NCBI GenBank assembly: GCA_965178125.1
Contig: OZ237739.1
Location: 496,001-560,000 of the forward strand
Length of the DNA stretch: 64,000 nucleotides
Origin: Bilabrum cf. latius
Taxonomy: Eukaryota
Direction: 5' to 3'
Shown here: positions 1-15,000 of the stretch, in pieces
How the letters are laid out: every line of letters starts with the position of its first letter
Numbering within the stretch: the stretch's first letter is position 1
Notes under the pieces: generated by a model
Databases searched by the model: none
The model's input: the letters and a program-made list of their open reading frames with translations, nothing else
What the model was told of the DNA's origin: nothing
Position numbers and translations under genes: made by a program

Positions 1-3000
1 CCGTCGCATCCACGCCCACGCCGCCCTGCGCCGCCGCCGTGTTGCGGACCACGCCGCGCAGCACGATCTCCACGCCCTCCACAGTCAGCCCGTTGTCCGT
101 GCCGGCGTTCGTCACGTCGCCCAGCTGCACCGTCGCCGTGCCGGCCGCCCCGTCCACGCTCCAGTGGGACGAGTTCAGACCGCTCAGCGCGCCCGATCCG
201 CCCGCAAGCGACGACGTCACGTTCGACCCGGACCCTGCCGTGGCTCGCACTGACACCACCTCCAGCAGCTCCAGCACGTCCGCTCGAGACAGGCTCACGC
301 TCACCGACGACCCCACCAGAGTGCCTTCCGCAAGCTACAGCACCGCCGTCAGCTCCACCACCTGCCCCACCGCCACGCGCCCGGGACCCGCCACACTAGG
401 ATCCTCCACGCTCGCGTTCCACACCAATCCAGGACCAGGCACTGACACGGCCGTCGACTCAGGCGCCTCGGAGCTCTCGTTCCGGCTCACCCCGTACGAG
501 CTGCCCACCACCGGGTGCGAGCTCCACTCCACCCGCACGTCCGTCGGCACCGTCGTGCCAGATGCAGCCGCGTCCGTCAGACGCACGCGGTACACCAGCA
601 CAGAGCTGCTCACCACAGACTCCAACACGGCCCACTCGCCGCTCGTGCTGTGCCCGATCACCGACCCGCTCGTCTCGCGGTTGTACCGCTCCGTCCCGTC
701 CACCACCACAGACTCCACCACGTACGACGGGCCCGGCAGCGACGCGTCCACCAGCCGCACCCAGTACGCCTGGTTGTATCCCGCGCCCTGCGTCGCGTTC
801 ACTACCACCACCATCTGCACCACGTCGCCTCCGTCGCCCACCGCGCTGGCAGGACTCACAGACACAGACACATCCGGCTCCAGCACAGACAGGCTCGCCG
901 ACTCGGAGCTCATCGTCTCCTGCGTCACGAATGCCGCATCCACATCGATGCTGGCCCCGCGAGACACAGCGCTCACGTTCTCCACGGTCGCCTCCAGCAC
1001 CACCTCCAGGATCTCCCCGGCGCCAGACACGCCCACGTCCCGGTCCACATTGCGCAGCACGCACAGAGGCGCCCGGTACCACGACGCCAATGGACCGCCC
1101 AGACGCACCACAGACAGCCCGGACAGGTCATCCAGATACGACTGCACGCCAGACCCGCCCGACCCCACACCGCTGCAGCTCGACACCAGCACGCTGCTCG
1201 GCGACGAGTCAGTGCTGCCGTTCACCACCACGCGAGCCGACACCACCCGACGCAGACCGAGACCACTCACCAGCGACGATCCCGGCACAGACACGTTCAG
1301 CACCGCATCGCTCATGCGGGCTTCCGGCAGAGCCACGCTCACGTTCACAGTCACCACGCTGCCCACCACCACGTCCAGGCCGCCAGATGTCGCGCCGTCC
1401 GAAGACACAGACAGGCTCAACGATGGCGACCCCACGCTCAGCGACGATGCAGACGTGGTCGATACCACGGACTCGTTTCGGGACTCAGACGGGCTGGGAT
1501 GGCTGCCCCACCGCACGCTCACGAAAGGCACAGGGTACGATGCCCCGGCCTCCACGTCCGACGACACAAGCACCTCCCACTGCACGGCCAGCACCTGACC
1601 CGCTCCCACCTCGCTCAGCACAAGCACCGCGTCGGCCAGCGACGCAGACCCGCCTGCCACCAGCGACCCGTTCACCCACACGCGACCCATAGAGTACACC
1701 GGAGCCCCCGTGGCCGTCAAGCTCACGTTCGCCAGCACCGAGTCCGCAACCACCACGTCAAACACAGACGCGCCCGCCGACGCGATGGGCCGCAGCACAG
1801 TCGAGAACAACAGAGAGTCCCCGCCGTCCACGTCAGATAGCACCGACGGAAGCAACACATCCGGCCGAGACAGGCCCTGCCCCGCCACCGTCAAAGTCAC
1901 GCTCGAGTTCGTCACGGCAGGCACCACGTCCAAGCTAGACACAGACGCGATCACGCTAGACGTCGACCCGGCCGCCGCGTCCCGAAGCACGCGCCCGCCC
2001 ACCACCACCTCGATGGACTCGCTCACGCCATCCAGCGTGTCGTTGTTCACCATCGTGCACGGCCCGATCACCACCTCGCCCGTGCTGGCGTTCACGCTCG
2101 CGTGCGGCGCGCTGCCCAGCAGAGACAGTGGCGTCACCAGCACGCCGCCGCACACCACGCGCAGCTTCGTCAGAGACGGCCCGCTCACGGACACCACCGA
2201 GATGCTCGCAGGGTCCAGCACGCCGTCGGGCCCGCCAGGACGCACGCGGATCACCACGTCCCTCGCCGTGCCCGCTGGCAATGCGGCGGCCACCACCACC
2301 TCCACCGACTGGCCGCCCACCACGCTCGACGGACTCAGCGACGAGCTCAGGCTGCTGTCCGGCGTGCGCGCGTACATCTGCACCGCAGGATCCGCGTGCT
2401 GCATCAGCACATCCGCCTCCGCTGCCACGCTCGCGTTGCGGGAGTCGCCCACATCGGGGTGCGACCACCACCGGGCAGACAGGCTCGCGTTCACGCTGCC
2501 GCCAAGGTCGATGCTCGGCAGAAGCTCCACCTCCACCACCACCGACAACGAGTCGCCCACGTCCAGCCGAGGCCACACGATCACCGCGCCTGCAAGGCTG
2601 TCCGAAGACACCCCGGATGCCGACGCAGATGCCGCGTCCGCTCCCGCGCGACGAGACCCGCCCTCGCTCCACGCCGGCTGCACCACGCCGTTCACCCACA
2701 CGCCAGACACCACGTACCTGCCGTCCAGCAGCGTCGAGTCCAGCAGCGTCACGTTGAACACAGACGCGACCGATCCGCCCGCATGCCCCACCGTCATGGT
2801 GAAGTTCAGCTTGTCGCCGCCGTCCGTGTCCGTGAAGGCCACGGGGCTCACGCCGGGCGCTGCCAAAGACCCCTCCGATACCGTCAGCGTCACCACGCGA
2901 GACACGGCCTCGCCGCCGCTCAGGTCAGACCCAGACACAGACGCCGCCGCATCCACGCCCACGCCGCCCTGCGCCGCCGCCGTGTTGCGGACCACGCCGC

Positions 3001-6000
3001 GCAGCACGATCTCCACGCCCTCCACAGTCAGCCCGTTGTCCGTGCCGGCGTTCGTCACGTCGCCCAGCTGCACCGTCGCCGTGCCGGCCGCCCCGTCCAC
3101 GCTCCAGTGGGACGAGTTCAGACCGCTCAGCGCGCCCGATCCGCCCGCAAGCGACGACGTCACGTTCGACCCGGACCCTGCCGTGGCTCGCACTGACACC
3201 ACCTCCAGCAGCTCCAGCACGTCCGCTCGAGACAGGCTCACGCTCACCGACGACCCCACCAGAGTGCCTTCCGCAAGCTACAGCACCGCCGTCAGCTCCA
3301 CCACCTGCCCCACCGCCACGCGCCCGGGACCCGCCACACTAGGATCCTCCACGCTCGCGTTCCACACCAATCCAGGACCAGGCACTGACACGGCCGTCGA
3401 CTCAGGCGCCTCGGAGCTCTCGTTCCGGCTCACCCCGTACGAGCTGCCCACCACCGGGTGCGAGCTCCACTCCACCCGCACGTCCGTCGGCACCGTCGTG
3501 CCAGATGCAGCCGCGTCCGTCAGACGCACGCGGTACACCAGCACAGAGCTGCTCACCACAGACTCCAACATGGCCCACTCGCCGCTCGTGCTGTGCCCGA
3601 TCACCGACCCGCTCGTCTCGCGGTTGTACCGCTCCGTCCCGTCCACCACCACAGACTCCACCACGTACGACGGGCCCGGCAGCGACGCGTCCACCAGCCG
3701 CACCCAGTACGCCTGGTTGTATCCCGCGCCCTGCGTCGCGTTCACTACCACCACCATCTGCACCACGTCGCCTCCGTCGCCCACCGCGCTGGCAGGACTC
3801 ACAGACACAGACACATCCGGCTCCAGCACAGACAGGCTCGCCGACTCGGAGCTCATCGTCTCCTGCGTCACGAATGCCGCATCCACATCGATGCTGGCCC
3901 CGCGAGACACAGCGCTCACGTTCTCCACGGTCGCCTCCAGCACCACCTCCAGGATCTCCCCGGCGCCAGACACGCCCACGTCCCGGTCCACATTGCGCAG
4001 CACGCACAGAGGCGCCCGGTACCACGACGCCAATGGACCGCCCAGACGCACCACAGACAGCCCGGACAGGTCATCCAGATACGACTGCACGCCCGACCCG
4101 CCCGACCCCACACCGCTGCAGCTCGACACCAGCACGCTGCTCGGCGACGAGTCAGTGCTGCCGTTCACCACCACGCGAGCCGACACCACCCGACGCAGAC
4201 CGAGACCACTCACCAGCGACGATCCCGGCACAGACACGTTCAGCACCGCATCGCTCATGCGGGCTTCCGGCAGCGCCACGCTCACGTTCACAGTCACCAC
4301 GCTGCCCACCACCACGTCCAGGCCGCCAGATGTCGCGCCGTCCGAAGACACAGACAGGCTCAACGATGGCGACCCCACGCTCAGCGACGATGCAGACGTG
4401 GTCGATACCACGGACTCGTTTCGGGACTCAGACGGGCTGGGATGGCTGCCCCACCGCACGCTCACGAAAGGCACAGGGTACGATGCCCCGGCCTCCACGT
4501 CCGACGACACAAGCACCTCCCACTGCACGGCCAGCACCTGACCCGCTCCCACCTCGCTCAGCACAAGCACCGCGTCGGCCAGCGACGCAGACCCGCCTGC
4601 CACCAGCGACCCGTTCACCCACACGCGACCCACAGAGTACACCGGAGCCCCCGTGGCCGTCAAGCTCACGTTCGCCAGCACCGAGTCCGCGACCACCACG
4701 TCAAACACAGACGCGCCCGCCGACGCGACGGGCCGCAGCACAGTCGAGAACAACAGAGAGTCCCCGCCGTCCACGTCAGATAGCACCGACGGAAGCAACA
4801 CATCCGGCCGAGACAGGCCCTGCCCCGCCACCGTCAAAGTCACGCTCGAGTTCGTCACGGCAGGCACCACGTCCAAGCTAGACACAGACGCGATCACGCT
4901 AGACGTCGACCCGGCCGCCGCGTCCCGAAGCACGCGCCCGCCCACCACCACCTCGATGGACTCGCTCACGCCATCCAGCGTGTCGTTGTTCACCATCGTG
5001 CACGGCCCGATCACCACCTCGCCCGTGCTGGCGTTCACGCTCGCGTGCGGCGCGCTGCCCAGCAGTGACAGTGGCGTCACCAGCACGCCGCCGCACACCA
5101 CGCGCAGCTTCGTCAGAGACGGCCCGCTCACGGACACCACCGAGATGCTCGCAGGGTCCAGCACGCCGTCGGGCCCGCCAGGACGCACGCGGATCACCAC
5201 GTCCCTCGCCGTGCCCGCTGGCAATGCGGCGGCCACCACCACCTCCACCGACTGGCCGCCCACCACGCTCGACGGACTCAGCGACGAGCTCAGGCTGCTG
5301 TCCGGCGTGCGCGCGTACATCTGCACCGCAGGATCCGCGTGCTGCATCAGCACATCCGCCTCCGCTGCCACGCTCGCGTTGCGGGAGTCGCCCACATCGG
5401 GGTGCGACCACCACCGGGCAGACAGGCTCGCGTTCACGCTGCCGCCAAGGTCGATGCTCGGCAGAAGCTCCACCTCCACCACCACCGACAACGAGTCGCC
5501 CACGTCCAGCCGAGGCCACACGATCACCGTGCCTGCAAGGCTCTCTGCAGACACCCCGGATGCCGACGCAGATGCCGCGTCCGCTCCCGCGCGACGAGAC
5601 CCGCCCTCGCTCCACGCCGGCTGCACCACGCCGTTCACCCACACGCCAGACACCACGTACCTGCCGTCCAGCAGCGTCGAGTCCAGCAGCGTCACGTTGA
5701 ACACAGACGCGGCCGATCCGCCCGCATGCCCCACCGTCATGGTGAAGTTCAGCTTGTCGCCGCCGTCCGTGTCCGTGAAGGCCACGGGGCTCACGCCGGG
5801 CGCTGCCAAAGACCCCTCCGATACCGTCAGCGTCACCACGCGAGACACGGCCTCGCCGCCGCTCAGGTCAGACCCAGACACAGACGCCGTCGCATCCACG
5901 CCCACGCCGCCCTGCGCCGCCGCCGTGTTGCGGACCACGCCGCGCAGCACGATCTCCACGCCCTCCACAGTCAGCCCGTTGTCCGTGCCGGCGTTCGTCA

Positions 6001-9000
6001 CGTCGCCCAGCTGCACCGTCGCCGTGCCGGCCGCCCCGTCCACGCTCCAGTGGGACGAGTTCAGACCGCTCAGCGCGCCCGATCCGCCCGCAAGCGACGA
6101 CGTCACGTTCGACCCGGACCCTGCCGTGGCTCGCACTGACACCACCTCCAGCAGCTCCAGCACGTCCGCTCGAGACAGGCTCACGCTCACCGACGACCCC
6201 ACCAGAGTGCCTTCCGCAAGCTACAGCACCGCCGTCAGCTCCACCACCTGCCCCACCGCCACGCGCCCGGGACCCGCCACACTAGGATCCTCCACGCTCG
6301 CGTTCCACACCAATCCAGGACCAGGCACTGACACGGCCGTCGACTCAGGCGCCTCGGAGCTCTCGTTCCGGCTCACCCCGTACGAGCTGCCCACCACCGG
6401 GTGCGAGCTCCACTCCACCCGCACGTCCGTCGGCACCGTCGTGCCAGATGCAGCCGCGTCCGTCAGACGCACGCGGTACACCAGCACAGAGCTGCTCACC
6501 ACAGACTCCAACACGGCCCACTCGCCGCTCGTGCTGTGCCCGATCACCGACCCGCTCGTCTCGCGGCTGTACCGCTCCGTCCCGTCCACCACCACAGACT
6601 CCACCACGTACGACGGGCCCGGCAGCGACGCGTCCACCAGCCGCACCCAGTACGCCTGGTTGTATCCCGCGCCCTGCGTCGCGTTCACTACCACCACCAT
6701 CTGCACCACGTCGCCTCCGTCGCCCACCGCGCTGGCAGGACTCACAGACACAGACACATCCGGCTCCAGCACAGACAGGCTCGCCGACTCGGAGCTCATC
6801 GTCTCCTGCGTCACGAATGCCGCATCCACATCGATGCTGGCCCCGCGAGACACAGCGCTCACGTTCTCCACGGTCGCCTCCAGCACCACCTCCAGGATCT
6901 CCCCGGCGCCAGACACGCCCACGTCCCGGTCCACATTGCGCAGCACGCACAGAGGCGCCCGGTACCACGACGCCAATGGACCGCCCAGACGCACCACAGA
7001 CAGCCCGGACAGGTCATCCAGATACGACTGCACGCCCGACCCGCCCGACCCCACACCGCTGCAGCTCGACACCAGCACGCTGCTCGGCGACGAGTCAGTG
7101 CTGCCGTTCACCACCACGCGAGCCGACACCACCCGACGCAGACCGAGACCACTCACCAGCGACGATCCCGGCACAGACACGTTCAGCACCGCATCGCTCA
7201 TGCGGGCTTCCGGCAGAGCCACGCTCACGTTCACAGTCACCACGCTGCCCACCACCACGTCCAGGCCGCCAGATGTCGCGCCGTCCGAAGACACAGACAG
7301 GCTCAACGATGGCGACCCCACGCTCAGCGACGATGCAGACGTGGTCGATACCACGGACTCGTTCCGGGACTCAGACGGGCTGGGATGGCTGCCCCACCGC
7401 ACGCTCACGAAAGGCACAGGGTACGATGCCCCGGCCTCCACGTCCGACGACACAAGCACCTCCCACTGCACGGCCAGCACCTGACCCGCTCCCACCTCGC
7501 TCAGCACAAGCACCGCGTCGGCCAGCGACGCAGACCCGCCTGCCACCAGCGACCCGTTCACCCACACGCGACCCACAGAGTACACCGGAGCCCCCGTGGC
7601 CGTCAAGCTCACGTTCGCCAGCACCGAGTCCGCGACCACCACGTCAAACACAGACGCGCCCGCCGACGCGATGGGCCGCAGCACAGTCGAGAACAACAGA
7701 GAGTCCCCGCCGTCCACGTCAGATAGCACCGACGGAAGCAACACATCCGGCCGAGACAGGCCCTGCCCCGCCACCGTCAAAGTCACGCTCGAGTTCGTCA
7801 CGGCAGGCACCACGTCCAAGCTAGACACAGACGCGATCACGCTAGACGTCGACCCGGCCGCCGCGTCCCGAAGCACGCGCCCGCCCACCACCACCTCGAT
7901 GGACTCGCTCACGCCATCCAGCGTGTCGTTGTTCACCATCGTGCACGGCCCGATCACCACCTCGCCCGTGCTGGCGTTCACGCTCGCGTGCGGCGCGCTG
8001 CCCAGCAGTGACAGTGGCGTCACCAGCACGCCGCCGCACACCACGCGCAGCTTCGTCAGAGACGGCCCGCTCACGGACACCACCGAGATGCTCGCAGGGT
8101 CCAGCACGCCGTCGGGCCCGCCAGGACGCACGCGGATCACCACGTCCCTCGCCGTGCCCGCTGGCAATGCGGCGGCCACCACCACCTCCACCGACTGGCC
8201 GCCCACCACGCTCGACGGACTCAGCGACGAGCTCAGGCTGCTGTCCGGCGTGCGCGCGTACATCTGCACCGCAGGATCCGCGTGCTGCATCAGCACATCC
8301 GCCTCCGCTGCCACGCTCGCGTTGCGGGAGTCGCCCACATCGGGGTGCGACCACCACCGGGCAGACAGGCTCGCGTTCACGCTGCCGCCAAGGTCGATGC
8401 TCGGCAGAAGCTCCACCTCCACCACCACCGACAACGAGTCGCCCACGTCCAGCCGAGGCCACACGATCACCGCGCCTGCAAGGCTGTCCGCAGACACCCC
8501 GGATGCCGACGCAGATGCCGTGTCCGCTCCCGCGCGACGAGACCCGCCCTCGCTCCACGCCGGCTGCACCACGCCGTTCACCCACACGCCAGACACCACG
8601 TACCTGCCGTCCAGCAGCGTCGAGTCCAGCAGCGTCACGTTGAACACAGACGCGGCCGATCCGCCCGCATGCCCCACCGTCATGGTGAAGTTCAGCTTGT
8701 CGCCGCCGTCCGTGTCCGTGAAGGCCACGGGGCTCACGCCGGGCGCTGCCAAAGACCCCTCCGATACCGTCAGCGTCACCACGCGAGACACGGCCTCGCC
8801 GCCGCTCAGGTCAGACCCAGACACAGACGCCGTCGCATCCACGCCCACGCCGCCCTGCGCCGCCGCCGTGTTGCGGACCACGCCGCGCAGCACGATCTCC
8901 ACGCCCTCCACAGTCAGCCCGTTGTCCGTGCCGGCGTTCGTCACGTCGCCCAGCTGCACCGTCGCCGTGCCGGCCGCCCCGTCCACGCTCCAGTGGGACG

Positions 9001-12000
9001 AGTTCAGGCCGCTCAGCGCGCCCGATCCGCCCGCAAGCGACGACGTCACGTTCGACCCGGACCCTGCCGTGGCTCGCACTGACACCACCTCCAGCAGCTC
9101 CAGCACGTCCGCTCGAGACAGGCTCACGCTCACCGACGACCCCACCAGAGTGCCTTCCGCAAGCTACAGCACCGCCGTCAGCTCCACCACCTGCCCCACC
9201 GCCACGCGCCCGGGACCCGCCACACTAGGATCCTACACGCTCGCGTTCCACACCAATCCAGGACCAGGCACTGACACGGCCGTCGACACAGGCGCCTCGG
9301 AGCTCTCGTTCCGGCTCACCCCGTACGAGCTGCCCACCACCGGGTGCGAGCTCCACTCCACCCGCACGTCCGTCGGCACCGTCGTGCCAGATGCAGCCGC
9401 GTCCGTCAGACGCACGCGGTACACCAGCACAGAGCTGCTCACCACAGACTCCAACACGGCCCACTCGCCGCTCGTGCTGTGCCCGATCACCGACCCGCTC
9501 GTCTCGCGGTTGTACCGCTCCGTCCCGTCCACCACCACAGACTCCACCACGTACGACGGGCCCGGCAGCGACGCGTCCACCAGCCGCACCCAGTACGCCT
9601 GGTTGTATCCCGCGCCCTGCGTCGCGTTCACTACCACCACCATCTGCACCGCGTCGCCTCCGTCGCCCACCGCGCTGGCAGGACTCACAGACACAGACAC
9701 ATCCGGCTCCAGCACAGACAGGCTCGCCGACTCGGAGCTCATCGTCTCCTGCGTCACGAATGCCGCATCCACATCGATGCTGGCCCCGCGAGACACAGCG
9801 CTCACGTTCTCCACGGTCGCCTCCAGCACCACCTCCAGGATCTCCCCGGCGCCAGACACGCCCACGTCCCGGTCCACATTGCGCAGCACGCACAGAGGCG
9901 CCCGGTACCACGACGCCAATGGACCGCCCAGACGCACCACAGACAGCCCGGACAGGTCATCCAGATACGACTGCACGCCAGACCCGCCCGACCCCACACC
10001 GCTGCAGCTCGACACCAGCACGCTGCTCGGCGACGAGTCAGTGCTGCCGTTCACCACCACGCGAGCCGACACCACCCGACGCAGACCGAGACCACTCACC
10101 AGCGACGATCCCGGCACAGACACGTTCAGCACCGCATCGCTCATGCGGGCTTCCGGCAGAGCCACGCTCACGTTCACAGTCACCACGCTGCCCACCACCA
10201 CGTCCAGGCCGCCAGATGTCGCGCCGTCCGAAGACACAGACAGGCTCAACGATGGCGACCCCACGCTCAGCGACGATGCAGACGTGGTCGATACCACGGA
10301 CTCGTTTCGAGACTCAGACGGGCTGGGATGGCTGCCCCACCGCACGCTCACGAAAGGCACAGGGTACGATGCCCCGGCCTCCACGTCCGACGACACAAGC
10401 ACCTCCCACTGCACGGCCAGCACCTGACCCGCTCCCACCTCGCTCAGCACAAGCACCGCGTCGGCCAGCGACGCAGACCCGCCTGCCACCAGCGACCCGT
10501 TCACCCACACGCGACCCACAGAGTACACCGGAGCCCCCGTGGCCGTCAAGCTCACGTTCGCCAGCACCGAGTCCGCGACCACCACGTCAAACACAGACGC
10601 GCCCGCCGACGCGATGGGCCGCAGCACAGTCGAGAACAACAGAGAGTCCCCGCCGTCCACGTCAGACAGCACCGACGGAAGCAACACATCCGGCCGAGAC
10701 AGGCCCTGCCCCGCCACCGTCAAAGTCACGCTCGAGTTCGTCACGGCAGGCACCACGTCCAAGCTAGACACAGACGCGATCACGCTAGACGTCGACCCGG
10801 CCGCCGCGTCCCGAAGCACGCGCCCGCCCACCACCACCTCGATGGACTCGCTCACGCCATCCAGCGTGTCGTTATTCACCATCGTGCACGGACCGATCAC
10901 CACCTCGCCCGTGCTGGCGTTCACGCTCGCGTGCGGCGCGCTGCCCAGCAGAGACAGTGGCGTCACCAGCACGCCGCCGCACACCACGCGCAGCTTCGTC
11001 AGAGACGGCCCGCTCACGGACACCACCGAGATGCTCGCAGGGTCCAGCACGCCGTCGGGCCCGCCAGGACGCACGCGGATCACCACGTCCCTCGCCGTGC
11101 CCGCTGGCAATGCGGCGGCCACCACCACCTCCACCGACTGGCCGCCCACCACGCTCGACGGACTCAGCGACGAGCTCAGGCTGCTGTCCGGCGTGCGCGC
11201 GTACATCTGCACCGCAGGATCCGCGTGCTGCATCAGCACATCTGCCTCCGCTGCCACGCTCGCGTTGCGGGAGTCGCCCACGTCGGGGTGCGACCACCAC
11301 CGGGCAGACAGGCTCGCGTTCACGCTGCCGCCAAGGTCGATGCTCGGCAGAAGCTCCACCTCCACCACCACCGACAACGAGTCGCCCACGTCCAGCCGAG
11401 GCCACACGATCACCGCGCCTGCAAGGCTGTCCGCAGACACCCCGGATGCCGACGCAGATGCCGCGTCCGCTCCCGCGCGACGAGACCCGCCCTCGCTCCA
11501 CGCCGGCTGCACCACGCCGTTCACCCACACGCCAGACACCACGTACCTGCCGTCCAGCAGCGTCGAGTCCAGCAGCGTCACGTTGAACACAGACGCGGCC
11601 GATCCGCCCGCATGCCCCACCGTCATGGTGAAGTTCAGCTTGTCGCCGCCGTCCGTGTCCGTGAAGGCCACGGGGCCCACGCCGGGCGCTGCCAAAGACC
11701 CCTCCGATACCGTCAGCGTCACCACGCGAGACACGGCCTCGCCGCCGCTCAGGTCAGACCCAGACACAGACGCCGTCGCATCCACGCCCACGCCGCCCTG
11801 CGCCGCCGCCGTGTTGCGGACCACGCCGCGCAGCACGATCTCCACGCCCTCCACAGTCAGCCCATCGTCCGTGCCGGCGTTCGTCACGTCGCCCAGCTGC
11901 ACCGTCGCCGTGCCGGCCGCCCCGTCCACGCTCCAGTGGGACGAGTTCAGGCCGCTCAGCGCGCCCGATCCGCCCGCAAGCGACGACGTCACGTTCGACC

Positions 12001-15000
12001 CGGACCCTGCCGTGGCTCGCACTGACACCACCTCCAGCAGCTCCAGCACGTCCGCTCGAGACAGGCTCACGCTCACCGACGACCCCACCAGAGTGCCTTC
12101 CGCAAGCTACAGCACCGCCGTCAGCTCCACCACCTGCCCCACCGCCACGCGCCCGGGACCCGCCACACTAGGATCCTCCACGCTCGCGTTCCACACCAAT
12201 CCAGGACCAGGCACTGACACGGCCGTCGACACAGGCGCCTCGGAGCTCTCGTTCCGGCTCACCCCGTACGAGCTGCCCACCACCGGGTGCGAGCTCCACT
12301 CCACCCGCACGTCCGTCGGCACCGTCGTGCCAGATGCAGCCGCGTCCGTCAGACGCACGCGGTACACCAGCACAGAGCTGCTCACCACAGACTCCAACAC
12401 GGCCCACTCGCCGCTCGTGCTGTGCCCGATCACCGACCCGCTCGTCTCGCGGTTGTACCGCTCCGTCCCGTCCACCACCACAGACTCCACTACGTACGAC
12501 GGGCCCGGCAGCGACGCGTCCACCAGCCGCACCCAGTACGCCTGGTTGTATCCCGCGCCCTGCGTCGCGTTCACTACCACCACCATCTGCACCACGTCGC
12601 CTCCGTCGCCCACCGCGCTGGCAGGACTCACAGACACAGACACATCCGGCTCCAGCACAGACAGGCTCGCCGACTCGGAGCTCATCGTCTCCTGCGTCAC
12701 GAATGCCGCATCCACATCGATGCTGGCCCCGCGAGACACAGCGCTCACGTTCTCCACGGTCGCCTCCAGCACCACCTCCAGGATCTCCCCGGCGCCAGAC
12801 ACGCCCACGTCCCGGTCCACATTGCGCAGCACGCACAGAGGCGCCCGGTACCACGACGCCAATGGACCGCCCAGACGCACCACAGACAGCCCGGACAGGT
12901 CATCCAGATACGACTGCACGCCAGACCCGCCCGACCCCACACCGCTGCAGCTCGACACCAGCACGCTGCTCGGCGACGAGTCAGTGCTGCCGTTCACCAC
13001 CACGCGAGCCGACACCACCCGACGCAGACCGAGACCACTCACCAGCGACGATCCCGGCACAGACACGTTCAGCACCGCATCGCTCATGCGGGCTTCCGGC
13101 AGAGCCACGCTCACGTTCACAGTCACCACGCTGCCCACCACCACGTCCAGGCCGCCAGATGTCGCGCCGTCCGAAGACACAGACAGGCTCAACGATGGCG
13201 ACCCCACGCTCAGCGACGATGCAGACGTGGTCGATACCACGGACTCGTTTCGAGACTCAGACGGGCTGGGATGGCTGCCCCACCGCACGCTCACGAAAGG
13301 CACAGGGTACGATGCCCCGGCCTCCACGTCCGACGACACAAGCACCTCCCACTGCACGGCCAGCACCTGACCCGCTCCCACCTCGCTCAGCACAAGCACC
13401 GCGTCGGCCAGCGACGCAGACCCGCCTGCCACCAGCGACCCGTTTACCCACACGCGACCCATAGAGTACACCGGAGCCCCCGTGGCCGTCAAGCTCACGT
13501 TCGCCAGCACCGAGTCCGCAACCACCACGTCAAACACAGACGCGCCCGCCGACGCGATGGGCCGCAGCACAGTCGAGAACAACAGAGAGTCCCCGCCGTC
13601 CACGTCAGATAGCACCGACGGAAGCAACACATCCGGCCGAGACAGGCCCTGCCCCGCCACCGTCAAAGTCACGCTCGAGTTCGTCACGGCAGGCACCACG
13701 TCCAAGCTAGACACAGACGCGATCACGCTAGACGTCGACCCGGCCGCCGCGTCCCGAAGCACGCGCCCGCCCACCACCACCTCGATGGACTCGCTCACGC
13801 CATCCAGCGTGTCGTTGTTCACCATCGTGCACGGCCCGATCACCACCTCGCCCGTGCTGGCGTTCACGCTCGCGTGCGGCGCGCTGCCCAGCAGAGACAG
13901 TGGCGTCACCAGCACGCCGCCGCACACCACGCGCAGCTTCGTCAGAGACGGCCCGCTCACGGACACCACCGAGATGCTCGCAGGGTCCAGCACGCCGTCG
14001 GGCCCGCCAGGACGCACGCGGATCACCACGTCCCTCGCCGTGCCCGCTGGCAATGCGGCGGCCACCACCACCTCCACCGACTGGCCGCCCACCACGCTCG
14101 ACGGACTCAGCGACGAGCTCAGGCTGCTGTCCGGCGTACGCGCGTACATCTGCACCGCAGGATCCGCGTGCTGCATCAGCACATCCGCCTCCGCTGCCAC
14201 GCTCGCGTTGCGGGAGTCGCCCACATCGGGGTGCGACCACCACCGGGCAGACAGGCTCGCGTTCACACTGCCGCCAAGGTCGATGCTCGGCAGAAGCTCC
14301 ACCTCCACCACCACCGACAACGAGTCGCCCACGTCCAGCCGAGGCCACACGATCACCGCGCCTGCAAGGCTCTCCGCAGACACCCCGGATGCCGACGCAG
14401 ATGCCGCGTCCGCTCCCGCGCGACGAGACCCGCCCTCGCTCCACGCCGGCTGCACCACGCCGTTCACCCACACGCCAGACAGCACATACCTGCCGTCCAG
14501 CAGCGTCGAGTCCAGCAGCGTCACGTTAAACACAGACGCGGCCGATCCGCCCGCATGCCCCACCGTCATGGTGAAGTTCAGCTTGTCGCCGCCGTCCGTG
14601 TCCGTGAAGGCCACCGGGCTCACGCCGGGCGCTGCCAAAGACCCCTCCGATACCGTCAGCGTCACAACGCGAGACACGGCCTCGCCGCCGCTCAGGTCAG
14701 ACCCAGACACAGACGCCGTCGCATCCACGCCCACGCCGCCCTGCGCCGCCGCCGTGTTGCGGACCACGCCGCGCAGCACGATCTCCACGCCCTCCACAGT
14801 CAGCCCATTGTCCGTGCCGGCGTTCGTCACGTCGCCCAGCTGCACCGTCGCCGTGCCGGCCGCCCCGTCCACGCTCCAGTGGGACGAGTTCAGGCCGCTC
14901 AGCGCGCCCGATCCGCCCGCAAGCGACGACGTCACGTTCGACCCGGACCCTGCCGTGGCTCGCACTGACACCACCTCCAGCAGCTCCAGCACGTCCGCTC